Positions 49,301-59,613 of a stretch of 64,000 nucleotides of DNA are shown here, in pieces. The stretch is from positions 8,620,001 to 8,684,000 of the forward strand of contig CM119372.1 in the NCBI GenBank assembly GCA_051294905.1, given 5' to 3'. The notes below the pieces were generated by a model that worked only from the letters and a program-made list of their open reading frames with translations, was not told the origin of the DNA and did no database searches. Source of the DNA: Botryllus schlosseri. Taxonomy: Eukaryota. The stretch's first letter is position 1. Each line of letters begins with the position of its first letter. The position numbers and the translations under genes are program-made.

Positions 49301-50703
49301 TTGTGACAATGTATGCCGCAAAGGAGAGTTTGGGTGGGCAAAGCCCCCCAGAAGTTTTGGTTTATCATCCTGTGGGGTGGGGGGCATGATCTGCGTTTTT
49401 TCGGGGGGGGCTGGCGAAGTACTGTTACGGCCCTGCTCATTTGTATATGGTTTGTGGTTCACGTGATAGTGAGAGAGAGAGAGAGACATGGGATTTTTTT
49501 TTTCGTCTGCACCATCGAGATGCTTTGACAACGGAGATGCGATACGGCCTTTATAGCAAGGTCATCTAGTCAGCACCCCCGTTTTTTTCTCCTCCATGCT
49601 ATCCGTGATTGCTGACCGACTAGCAGGATAGCCGCGGATACCAGTTTTCAAGTCTTTGGTCTGACCCGGCCGGGGATCGAGCCCACGACATACCGATCAA
49701 GAAGCCGGACTCATCAGTGATGAGTCATCACTATCATATTATCTCGTTCGGCGTGAGTGAGTGTGAGCGAAGAGTAGGATTATTCATCACTGCATAATTC
49801 TATGGTATCATTTTAATAATTGGACTATTACTTCTCTACCGTACGAGAGTCCTGGCGTACATGATAGGTTGAGATAGATAGGTTTACCAACGAACACGAG
49901 GACCATCTTTATGACTTTAAAGACCAAGTTTTGTTATTCACAATACCCGATGATGAAGAAACACGAGGGTAAAAGTCGTCCGAAAAACCACAAATTACAA
50001 AACACTTGCGGTAGGTGCACACTGCAGTGACTGCACAAGTGCACATGATCTTAATAGGCGATAAAACGCCACTAAATGTGAATAATTCTCCAGACGTGAC
50101 TTCGATTACGATGCCGTGTCTTGGCAAAGCAGTTTGGAATATGATGCTGCACTGTCACGTGGTACGCAGGAAGCAAAGCAATTTATGGTATTATGCTGAC
50201 ACATGGAAGCACATGCAGTCTATGAGGCTACGCACACGCAAAGCTATATGATGTAATTCGTGATGTTACCTTATTATGTGTGAACAAACACATCCTTGAA
50301 TACTCAGTGGCTAACTTTTCAAGCTCGTCGTTCCATTTCATCTTCAGCATGTTGCGTGCCACCGGTTTCACTTCTCGTCTCAACTCATTATGCTTATCCA
50401 ATATCTTCTTTTTCTGGGAAGCGGTTAAATCGTGTGCTCTCGTCACCGCTCTCTTGGTGATGTTGTGGTAGTGAGTCCTGTGTGTAATGCTGGAGTCAGG
50501 AATAGTATATTTGAAACCATAGTCTGGCATGATCATGATCATATTGATAGTTCACTTGCAAAAACGGTATGTAGGCTATAAGCTCAGTGAAATACGCTTC
50601 CGCTAGCCTACAGCTGTATAAATACTCACTCCTTTAGATGATTTTCGTAAGCAGTTGTTGATACAGCTCCCACCAGAAGTGCATACAGGACGTAGTTCCA
50701 CAT
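40281..50703 (-). CDS. CAP superfamily (SCP/CRISP/PR-1) secreted, probably GPI-anchored protein, PI16/GLIPR1-like; 6 coding exons, 256 aa
   Basis: Minus-strand join of 50703-50630, 50489-50270, 46594-46418, 45156-45027, 40517-40422 and 40354-40281 = 771 nt; all introns GT-AG with matching phases (2,0,0,1,1). Protein: signal peptide MWNYVLYALLVGAVSTTA, then HNELRR, NMLKMKWN, GENIF, W-x-x-E, CGHYTQVAWA, IGCG, VCNYSPGGN, the hinge, and tail GGTRGVFQLMIQILFSFFCYRIFA*. Confidence 0.9.
40422..40517 (-). CDS. CAP gene exon 5 (hinge)
   Basis: GQSIYESGGPSSACPEGYWDDDWLCSNSSMKL; CAG acceptor, GTAAT donor. Confidence 0.82.
41514..42015. mobile_element. MITE, TAGGGCTGGGCA family, in CAP intron 4
   Basis: Reverse complement of 32397-32887; flanks ATTATAAC / TTTATAAC. 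Confidence 0.85.
42237..43033 (+). mobile_element. hAT Buster-type deletion derivative with a transposase C-terminal remnant
   Basis: CAGTGGTTCTCAACC / GGTGGAGAACCGCTG; perfect TSD GTATAGTG; 'FATAYICGNGFSALVHIKSKAR' matches the hAT dimerisation domain of Buster/ZBED5-type transposases. Confidence 0.92.
43072..43469 (-). mobile_element. tRNA-headed SINE (family C), (TATTG)n tail
   Basis: Close reverse complement of 46820-47184; the head is hit by the MITE at 43470. Confidence 0.85.
43470..44536. mobile_element. MITE, TAGGGATGG family, second copy
   Basis: Collinear with 34698-35696; flanks TCTCTCA / TCACTCA; extra ~130-bp insert at ~44180-44310. Confidence 0.9.
45027..45156 (-). CDS. CAP gene exon 4
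   Basis: VAWAKSELIGCGMTTCDKVNGGTKKWSHATLVVCNYSPGGNVQ; TAG acceptor, GTAC donor; not in the ORF track. Confidence 0.92.
45348..46155. mobile_element. hAT MITE in CAP intron 3
   Basis: CAGATCTGGGCA / TGCGCACCCCTG; flanks GCATATGA / GCATATAT; related to 19255-20618. Confidence 0.78.
46418..46594 (-). CDS. CAP gene exon 3
   Basis: KRKVEGMGYIGENIFISAQQDITDEFGASAVVSWDAEKQYYDYYTRRCQANEVCGHYTQ; 177 nt, CAG and GT boundaries. Confidence 0.93.
46820..47184 (+). mobile_element. tRNA-headed SINE (family C), (ATGTT)n tail, nested in a CAGGACCGTAAC-type element (~46683-49435)
   Basis: B box GTTCGATTCC; homology to the 43072 and 32018 copies. Confidence 0.85.
47493..48856. mobile_element. hAT MITE (ATGGCTC family)
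   Basis: CAGTGGTCGGGGACCT / AGGTTCCCGACCACTG; perfect TSD CGATATAT. Confidence 0.9.
49471..49752 (-). mobile_element. tRNA-headed SINE (family A)
   Basis: Homologous to 16397-16648; (GA)n on the plus strand is the tail. Confidence 0.88.
50270..50489 (-). CDS. CAP gene exon 2
   Basis: ITHRTHYHNITKRAVTRAHDLTASQKKKILDKHNELRREVKPVARNMLKMKWNDELEKLATEYSRMCLFTHNK; CAG acceptor, GTAAC donor. Confidence 0.92.
50630..50703 (-). CDS. CAP gene exon 1 (signal peptide)
   Basis: MWNYVLYALLVGAVSTTAYENHLK followed by a GTGAGT donor in phase 2, matching exon 2. Confidence 0.85.
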
Positions 50704-51337
50704 CTAACGCGATAAATCCCTGCGGTAATTTGTACACCGCCAGTATATGCTTTATCCCAAATTTCTCACGTAGCCTAGGCTACTGCTGATAGATATATTG
50801 AGCCACTTCCGCAAGTCAGTATGCGTCACATATATGGAGTAAGCCAAGCCTCGGTCTAATAAACTATGAAATATTACTGTCTCTACATAATAACAAAATG
50901 AACATATATTCCACTGCTAATCGTCCGAAGTCAAGGTATTCAATGTCATGCTCCACTGTCATCATTAATATGAACTCGATTACACTTTTGGTTGGCGAGA
51001 AATTCTAATGTTTGGAAGCGGATCGAGTTCAACTGTGCGATTCCAAATTGAGAGCTATATCATTGGTTACAGGAACCACTGAAGTTCTTATCAAACAAAT
51101 CGCAAACGCTGACTTGAATGCTACTGTCACACGTACTACCGCCTATAGGCGTGAGCAAACCGCTGGCTACTTTCATCGTCACCGAGTCGATGATTTAGTC
51201 AGCGAAATCATAACACGATGATGATGCTGGTAAGTCAGACTGCAAACACTGCAAGCACATATTCACGCACGAATTGAATACACGCCGGCGAACTTCCAAA
51301 TTGCATGTGCATATAGTTCCAGATACTGTTGGAATAC

Positions 51338-51584
51338 CAGAGGTGGTCCTATATAGTCGGTTTATTATACATTTATTCTACAGAGGAAGTAGAAGTAGCG
51401 ATTTACAAGTACGTAAAAAAGTGAGTATTGTACGCTTACGTTTGCCTAAAAAAACTGAAAACTGTCATGTAGAGATAGAAGTGGTCTAAAATCATAACTA
51501 CTGTGGAAGTAGTGCGAGTAGGCCAAATCTACTTGAAGTAGGCTACTTCGAGAACTAGAAGGATTTCGTTACTAACCACCTCTG
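51338..51584. mobile_element. MITE, CAGAGGTGG family, short copy
   Basis: CAGAGGTGGT / ACCACCTCTG; perfect 7-bp duplication GGAATAC. Confidence 0.85.
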
Positions 51585-52532
51585 GGAATACAGTCGGATC
51601 AGGCAGAACAGCAGAAGAGTATAATCGCCGGCCGAACATCGGAACCTAATCATGTCGGCGACAACGCACTAAAACCTCGGCATCCCCTTCGGAGGTTCTG
51701 TCCAAAAACTGTAATATATCTAATATATTGCATTAGGCTAGGGTTTCCATTCGTCCGAAACTTCCCGGACATGTCCGGAATTTCACTGTTTAAACTGCGT
51801 CCGGGAGGAAATGCTGAAATAAGCCTAAATGTCCGGAATTTTGAAGGCTTGAAGGGAGGTGAAATTTTTTTCGTAAATCAACGTAAACAATATCTTATTT
51901 TGGGGACGATTTATGCTACTTGAAATGTTTCTTCGCACTGCACGCGATTTAGTGTCACCCATGTCCTCGCAAAAACTACAATAAAATATGAATTAAAATA
52001 ACTATCATCTACTGTAATAAGACAAATTGTAATCGCAATTTTAAGAGAACCGTATATTCCTTTAGTGTCGGTAAGGCCGTTTGGATGATTTAGTCAAAGA
52101 TTGTGGTTCTCAAACTTGGGGTCGTTTGCCATTTTCTGGAGATCGCGAAGATGTTGAACTTAATCAGCTTCTAACACAGGCCGCGTGAGTAAGTCTGGGC
52201 AAAGGTGATGATCATTTTTTTTTTGTAATCAGTTTAGCAAATTTTGAGGTGGGCCACGGAAAATTTTCAAATTGGAAATGGAGTCCCGACCATAAAAGTT
52301 TGGAAACCAGTGGATGTGCAACCTGTTCGTGCGGACCGGCATTTCTGCCCATAAATATAGTCTTATCCGTATGTCATGAACATGACTTAGCGATGTACAA
52401 TTACGTTCCCTGCATTTTCAAAGTCATTATCTCCCCCATCTCTACCGCTATTTTTGATCACGTGGGCAGGGAGAGAGTATAAAAATTTTATAGTGATATA
52501 AGCAAGAACCAATATTATTGACAGAATTCATA

Positions 52533-52670
52533 CCGACAAGATAGCGTAGTGATGAAGCGTCCGGCTTCTTGATCGGTAGGTCGTGGGCTCGATCCCCAAC
52601 CTGATTAATAACAGCGTTATCCATGACTTCCGCGCTTGGCGCTTATGCGTAACTGGGATAGCATGGAGGG
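52533..52670 (+). mobile_element. SINE family A, 5' part
   Basis: GATAGCGTAGTG..GCGTCCGGCTTCTTGA..GGGCTCGATCCCC..GGATAGCATGGAGG. Confidence 0.7.
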
Positions 52671-52996
52671 ATGGTGCGAGATTTAGAAAGTCTTACAAAG
52701 CTATATCTGCACCGGCTTCGTCCAGCGGCATATGTAGCCTACATCATGCACTCATGGTATGCATATGCACAGATCGTGTGTATGAATATCATGAGTCGGT
52801 GTATACGCCGCAAAAACATCAAGGACAAAAATATACTACGTCTCTACATCCTTTCCGCCCTTACCTATAGCTCATTTTAAAACCCGACAGAAGGCGCTAA
52901 AGAGTGGTCGGAATTTGGGCCACGAAAATATGGAGGACGCATATATAAATTGAGTATTGATAGCTTTGGAACAAATAGAAACAGTATTCTCATTTG

Positions 52997-53507
52997 CAGA
53001 CTAGATCCAACATTCCGCATGATTGGGAAATTTAAAAGTATCTCAGGCTGAAGAGGCAAAACAACCAGAGTTGTACGAACTACTGGAACTAGAACTAGAA
53101 CTAGCGACACAAATAACTAGATTCAATTCCGAAGCAAGTAGTTTTTTTTATCCGAATCGGGTCCACTTTCGGCTCGAATCGTGTTTCGAGTGTAAAATGA
53201 GAGATGTTTTGATCCCCCAAACCGACCCTTTTTTACGCTACAGTATACTGGTGATTCTGAGCTAGGAATGGCGGCAAGAACATCACACGACAGAACACCG
53301 GTATCGCGATTAACGCCAAATGACGACACGTGTTTTCTAGTTGTTCAGAAACTATTTTTTAAAGCTCAACTAGTCCTATGACTAGAACTATACATACTTA
53401 TCAAACTACGCAACTAGAACTAGTACTAGAACTAGAACTAGAACTACTCATAAAACCAGTAGTCAGTTGACCGTCAATTGAGTAGATTGGTAGCTTGCAC
53501 AAGTCTG
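52997..53507. mobile_element. MITE, CAGACT termini, CTAGAA repeats
   Basis: Inverted relative of 15529-16020. Confidence 0.7.
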
Positions 53508-53677
53508 GAAGCAACAGCTCTTGATGCTGGAAAATCGCCACGATCTGCAACCAATGTGACTCATTGTGCTGAAATAATCGCACTAATCCTTAATCCGGGT
53601 ATCATTCAGACTTGAGTGATGGAATATATATTTATATTTAATTTAGAGCTTCCAATCCAATCGAATTCACAATAGAC

Positions 53678-55097
53678 CAGTGGTTCCCAAACGGTGGCGA
53701 ATTCCCCACTGGTGGGGAATAAACGCTTTGTTCAAAATTATGTACAGGACGGTCTACATATTCACGGAGACACATGCGCAATTACCGTTACCAGTTAACT
53801 GCTCTGGAATGTATGTATCGAAAATTATATTGCGTGTTGTTCACAAAACCTAATTCTAAACTCTGGATGGCTAATCATGGCGTCACAAACACATCCAGCA
53901 CGACTAGTTGGACGCGAAACAACGCTCTTGCGAAATTCTGAGCGTTATTGGTATCGGTTCACAATACGTTTTATGTCGCAGATAAAGGCGATTGTCTTGC
54001 GTACTGGTGTGGTTGTGTGTATTGTGTAGTCAAACCAGCAGACAGCTGCTCTGTGATGACAAAAGTGCTGGGTAGTGGGGGGCAGGACCGTAACTGCCGC
54101 ACCCTAAACCCCCCGATTGGGGGGGGGCGAGCTCGAAGAAGCCCAAAATTATTTCGTGAATTAACATAAATCTAAGTATTTTGTTGGAATTTTATGCCAC
54201 TTTATCAAAAAATTTTCGCGCTGGATGCGCGATTTGATATTGCCGAATATCTGATTATTCGGTACCCTACCCCCACGAAAATATGTAGAATTTATAGAAA
54301 TGGAGACTTCGGCGTCGGCCATTTTACTGCGCCACGACGCACCAAGGCCATGTAACATGCGACTCCGAGAAGTGTGCCAGAACGATCAGCAGCGAGAAGA
54401 CCTTAGCCGAGAAGGAATGGCCTTGTGGTGACCGAAAACTTCGATATATATACAATATACATATATGTTTAATTGTCCATAGACGGCTAAATGGCTGGCG
54501 CCGAATGTTCCAGTCTTGGCGATCTGAAAACCACAGAGCAAATGCCATCCCGCAGGGAAAAATTATTTAACAGTACAGCAATACCAATTTGATATCGAGT
54601 GTGCCTTTTAGTTTGGGTGATTTCCCTATCTTTTGACATAGCAGACATAGAAGGTCACGATATAGCAAAGTGTAATGACGTCAATATACCAATGGGTCCG
54701 CCTGAAAATGTTTATTTCTTATTAGGGGTCATACCTTTTCCAACACACCTCACTCAGCTCTACTGGCAAATCTGATTACGTGAGCAGAGAGGGGATTAAA
54801 AATTGATAACAAAATATATGCAATTCCCGACCATATTTACCGATTCAAACACGAACTATATAAATTTTTCGCGCTTCACGCGTTTAGTCCGAATAAGGCA
54901 ACGCACTAATACCCAATGTAGCTGATAAGTAGCGGGAAAAAAGCGTACATGCTCAGCGGGGCTGAGGGGCTTCCGGGGGGCGAAGATCAACGTTTTTTTA
55001 GCGGGGCTGACGAAGTGCTGTTACGGTCCTGGTGGGGAATGAAGGCTCGGAATAAATCTGAAGTGGGGATTAAAGACAAAAAGGTTGGGAACCACTG
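53678..55097. mobile_element. hAT MITE containing a nested CAGGACCGTAAC element (54083-55031)
   Basis: Outer CAGTGGTTCCCAA / TTGGGAACCACTG; inner perfect 12-bp TIRs CAGGACCGTAAC / GTTACGGTCCTG with flanks GTGGGGGG / GTGGGGAA. Confidence 0.82.
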
Positions 55098-57416
55098 ATT
55101 TAAACGATCACATTTCTTTGTTTTTCAATGCCCTTATCTTCCGTTTAGAACATCATATCGGTTTTCGAGCTCGAGTTCAGAATTTAACTTCGGTAATTAT
55201 TATTATCACGGGTCAATACAATTTCTGATACCGAGAAATTCACGACAATTGGGAAACATTTAGAAGCCAATGAATCCGTAAATTAACTTCGTTTTTATGA
55301 ATTGGCCGACGTTTTTGAAATATTTCATAGTTTTTTACCTGCAAAAATTTCTAAAAATCGAAAATATCTGCCCCTAAAACTAAACCATGCAGCCAACAAA
55401 CAAATGATCTGTATGAGATGCGCAAGCTTTGTACACCACCACTGCTCTATGAAATCGTATCTTAAAGTTAACCGTGCTCAGTCATCGTGAAACTATCATA
55501 GATTTGAACGACCAGAATTTAAAAGCTCCGTATCGACGTCATTTATTGACTTTCAATTTTCAATTGGCAGTCTCAACGGAGTTTGGTGCACTTGACTCAG
55601 ACTAATGAAAATTATTTCAAAGCATTTCATAATCGTACATCGAAGTTGACGATTGGATGAGCCGCCATGGTCATCCACGTATGACTGAATTTTAAATAAT
55701 TTATTTACATGTGTTATTACGTCAATTTTAACGAGACAACAGATAAATGGTTCTTCGCGGGCTAATGAGGAAGAGATCGCTGTCTTCTTTCGGCGCGATT
55801 ACACGAAAGGGACAGTGAAAGACCCGGCGAGTACGCATACAACGAAAGCGTCAAAAAAGAAAGAAGACAGCGATCACGAGGAATATCAGCGACGCTGTTA
55901 TATCGGGCACACTACTACATATATACCATAGAGACCAAGGTGAATGTTAAATTAACAACACAGCCCGTTTTGACATCTTCCTATCTATTCATCTCATTGT
56001 GTCTTGTGTATTGCACATTGTACAGTCTTGAGCAAATGAAAATATTATCCGCCGATTGCATTGTTTTGTATATCCATATTCCAAGCCAGTGGTTGTCAAC
56101 CTTTTCAGACGCATTGTCCCCTTATCAAGCCCGACACAAATTTTCGCCACTCCCCCATAGTTACGGATCCGAAATGTAGGACATATGAACGACAAATTTA
56201 TTCCCCAAACTCGGGTCGCTGGTGAATTGACCAAGAAAAAGGTCATTTTTTCCGAGTAGGTGGTTGGAAAATCGGTTTCCGCGTATACTTTTCGTTGAGT
56301 TGACCTTTTTGTAGTCAACTTTCGCGTCATATGCAGAATAAGCCATCTTTATGGGCATTTTTTGCCGTGTTATTTAAATATATCTCACTTGACTGACTGA
56401 ACTCACTGAAAATTTTCGCCCCTTGGTTCTCAAAATCGCCCACTTGATGGCGATATCGCCAACGTTGGGTAAGAGTGTGCTCAAGCGTACACACTGATTG
56501 GGTTGGAAACCACGTACTGTTCTAAGCGGATTGACCTCTCATCCTGACGTAAACCCAGCCCCTTCGTTACTCCAATTCTCGCATGTATGTTTCCTGCTAG
56601 TAAAATTGATATAGATCTTGGATCACGGTACTGTACTAGTATTCATATCCCGCAGTAAATAACGATGGGTACGACATTAATTTGCGTCAAGAAAATTTCA
56701 ATGGTTTCAATAGCTTCGAGGTGCTTCGTCTAAACTTGGAAAGCGTATATCGACCCGTACTGTCATCGAACTTGGCTTGGTGTAAAATCGTTCTGATATA
56801 TTAAAAATTAAACATCATGAACGCAAAACAATAAAAATAACAACAGCGAAATGTATATCAGTTTTTAATCTTTGTCTGATGATGAACGAGGTTTTACTAT
56901 AGTCAGCCCTCAAATTTATCGGACCACGACCTGACATATCGATCTCGCCTTCCGACACATGCCACGTCTTTTTGTCGCCTGCCCTTTTATATTATCTTTT
57001 TTTACTTTTCATTCAGGGTGCATGCCAATGCGGTCATTGCCCCGAATATTTGAATGACTTCTTTACCGCGAAATCAAAATCGCACCAGTACGACACACGC
57101 GCGTCCACGTCGTCCAATTATCAAATTATCGACCGAAAAGATCATCGCTCTATCAAATATGCCGGACCTGACGTGTGGAACAGTATCCCGCCGGCTATCC
57201 GACGGTCGACTTGCATGTCCAATTGTCCACATTCAAGTCGAAATACAAACAATTTCTACTAAATGAGAACTAGTCCGTATCCTCAAGATTACCAGACCTA
57301 TCGATCTTGCCTTTTGTGACATGCCGCCTCATTTTCGTCTTTTGCTTTTCTGTATTATCTTCTTATACTTTTCATTCAGTGTGCATGTGCATGCCTCCTA
57401 TTTTCATCGCCTAGGC

Positions 57417-58735
57417 CAGGGGTTCTCAACCTGAGGGGCGCGCCCCCCTTGGGGGGCGCGGAAGGCTCTCAGGGGGGGGGGGGGCGCGAGAAATTGACGA
57501 AGTCACTATAGGGGGGGGGCGCGAGAAATTGACAAAGTCAGTATAAATTGTACGTGTCCGAACATGTGTTTCACATCCATTATGAGAAGACGATTAATGA
57601 AGATGAAAGTCTGATTTCAACTTGATTTGAGCAAATTTTTGAAATTCTTTGGAGATATAGAGAGCAATTCCGACGTGTAAGTCATTCATTGCTTGATAGC
57701 TTTGACAGTAGCCTAAAGCTTGGCGCGCTGGTCAGCTCTTGTTAGTAGCTTGCGAACTGCACTGCCTAAGATAGAATTAGATGCAACATAGGTTGCCCGG
57801 TTTCGCCCTCAATTAGGCTATAAATCAACACAATTTAATTAATTTCCAAAACTGATCAAATTTAGCCTGGCAGGACAGAACGACACCTTGCGCTCTGTAC
57901 TCACGACCAGCATCAGGATTAGTCTCAGGGTGACCTACCTTGAAATTAATTAATGGATGTCTTGTTCAATGTTTTTTGTTATTTTCAAACAAGTTTGGAG
58001 AAATTTTTTCATGTAAAAGACTCAACAACTGGAATGCCGATTCAAAATTGGCGTAAGATATACCTTATGTATACTATTAGATCAGGGGTGGGCAGCCTGC
58101 GGCCGTAGAAGGGAATTTGAGCGGCGTTCGACGCCTAATTCAATTAGTAGGCTATATGTTGGCGGCCGTAGACATGCAAATTGCAATTACGAATTCACTC
58201 CCGCATTTTCGAGAGATTTTAATTAATCTTGAAATTTTCTTCGCCCTCCGCGCAATTCAACAAGACTTCATTTTTTGATTTTAATGCAGTAGCGCCCGGC
58301 TTAATCTGAGCCGGAATGGGAATTGGCAAGAAATAACAATTCGTTCGCAGCCCTGAAAAATTTTCGCGCTCGGCGCGACAATATGCACCTCCCGGCAACT
58401 ATTCATAACATTGCCACTCGCGATTTCGTTGCGTACAATAGGCCATTGTGAAAAGTAGAATAGTCCGGAGTTCACCGGGAATGGATATGGACAGTTTACC
58501 ATAGGAATTTTGTGTCCAGATCGTTCATTGCGGCTATGCCCTGGAATGCGGCCTTACGCTACCCCGTACATAAGTAATCGAAATGCGGCCATGATTATCA
58601 AAAACGTTGCCCACCTCTGTATTAGATGATGTGCTCTTTTTGACATGACGATAAATGCAAGGGGGGTCAGGGGGGGCGCGATTTTTTTGACCATCTCCAA
58701 GGGGGGCGCGAGTCAAAAAAGGTTGAGAACCACTG
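57417..58735. mobile_element. hAT MITE (GGGGCGCG family)
   Basis: CAGGGGTTCTCAACCT / AGGTTGAGAACCACTG; perfect TSD GCCTAGGC. Confidence 0.92.
58083..58619. mobile_element. Nested hAT MITE
   Basis: CAGGGGTGGGCAGC / GTTGCCCACCTCTG; perfect TSD TATTAGAT. Confidence 0.9.
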
Positions 58736-59350
58736 GCCTAGGCCAAGGTGGGGGTATGATTTCAAAGATGAATCCAAGTCGTTTCGACACCTTCTTGTCT
58801 TTTCATTGTATCGCAGTCTTGTGGTGCATTGAAATGATGATATTGCTAATAATAAATTGAATTGAATTGGAGCGATACCGTACGTAGTTATTCGGGGAAG
58901 TCACCATCAGAGAACCAATGATGTCAACCCAAACGGCAATTATGTCGCTCTTAAAACTTTTATAGCTAAACAAAATTCACCACTAGTTATGTTACTAACG
59001 ATTAAGTCCTGATCCTGATCGACCTCGCCCTCCGCCACATGCCACCTCATTTTGTCGCTTGCGTCTTATATTCTCTGCATTACTTTTCATTCCGTGTGCA
59101 TGCCTCTTCTTTACTTCGCCTAGGCCCTAGGCTAAGGTGGGTGTCTGATATTAAAGGCTACTCCAAGTTGCTTCGACACCTTCCTATATTTTAATTGTAT
59201 CGCAGTCTGGTGATGTTTTGAAACGATGAAAATATTGATAAAGCCTGATTGATTGATTGATTGTGTGTGCAGTGCATAAAGATTGCAGTGGCGAAAGTGA
59301 TACATGTCATTCCGGTACTACACAGTTTAGTATTTTTCAGGGCAGTCAAT

Positions 59351-59375
59351 GTCACGTGACGTAGGTGGCGGGAAA
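59351..59375 (+). promoter_or_regulatory. Candidate MCM2 proximal promoter: palindromic E-box and E2F site
   Basis: GTCACGTGAC (59351-59360) and GGCGGGAAA (59367-59375; TTTCCCGCC on the other strand) about 100 bp upstream of the ATG. MCM genes are established E2F targets. Confidence 0.6.
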
Positions 59376-59466
59376 ATAATAACACTTGGTCCGCCGCAAC
59401 AGTAGTAGGTTGGTGTTGCATACTCTAAGTCTCTAACTTGTACGATTAATAGACAGCAGTAAAATT

Positions 59467-59613
59467 ATGGCTGATGATAGCATAAACGGGTTACCATCCG
59501 ACCCTAATAGTCCCACCAGTCCTAGCAGCCGCGGAGCACCCTTTGCTTCGAGTCCACGAGGTCCAGAGGATTTGCCTCCATTTCAGGATGAAAGTGAAGC
59601 TGATGCATTGTTG
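59467..59613 (+). CDS. MCM2: MCM2 exon 1
   Basis: [54 protein letters not shown] donor. Confidence 0.9.

Larger units (their letters stand above)
57023..58869 (+). mobile_element. L2/CR1-group (Crack/Daphne/L2-like) LINE 3' end, split by nested MITEs
   Basis: ORF2 C-terminus 'CPEYLNDFFTAKSKSHQYDTR...RSIKYAGPDVWNSIPPAIRRS'; the 3' UTR resumes after 58735 and ends AATAAA(TTGAA)n. Extra 3' UTR fragments at ~56900-57022 and ~59010-59262. Confidence 0.87.

Noticed and set aside
55820..55855. Second hammerhead-like string CCGGCGAGT..ACGAAAGCGTC
   Set aside because: Two core mismatches and no stem I.
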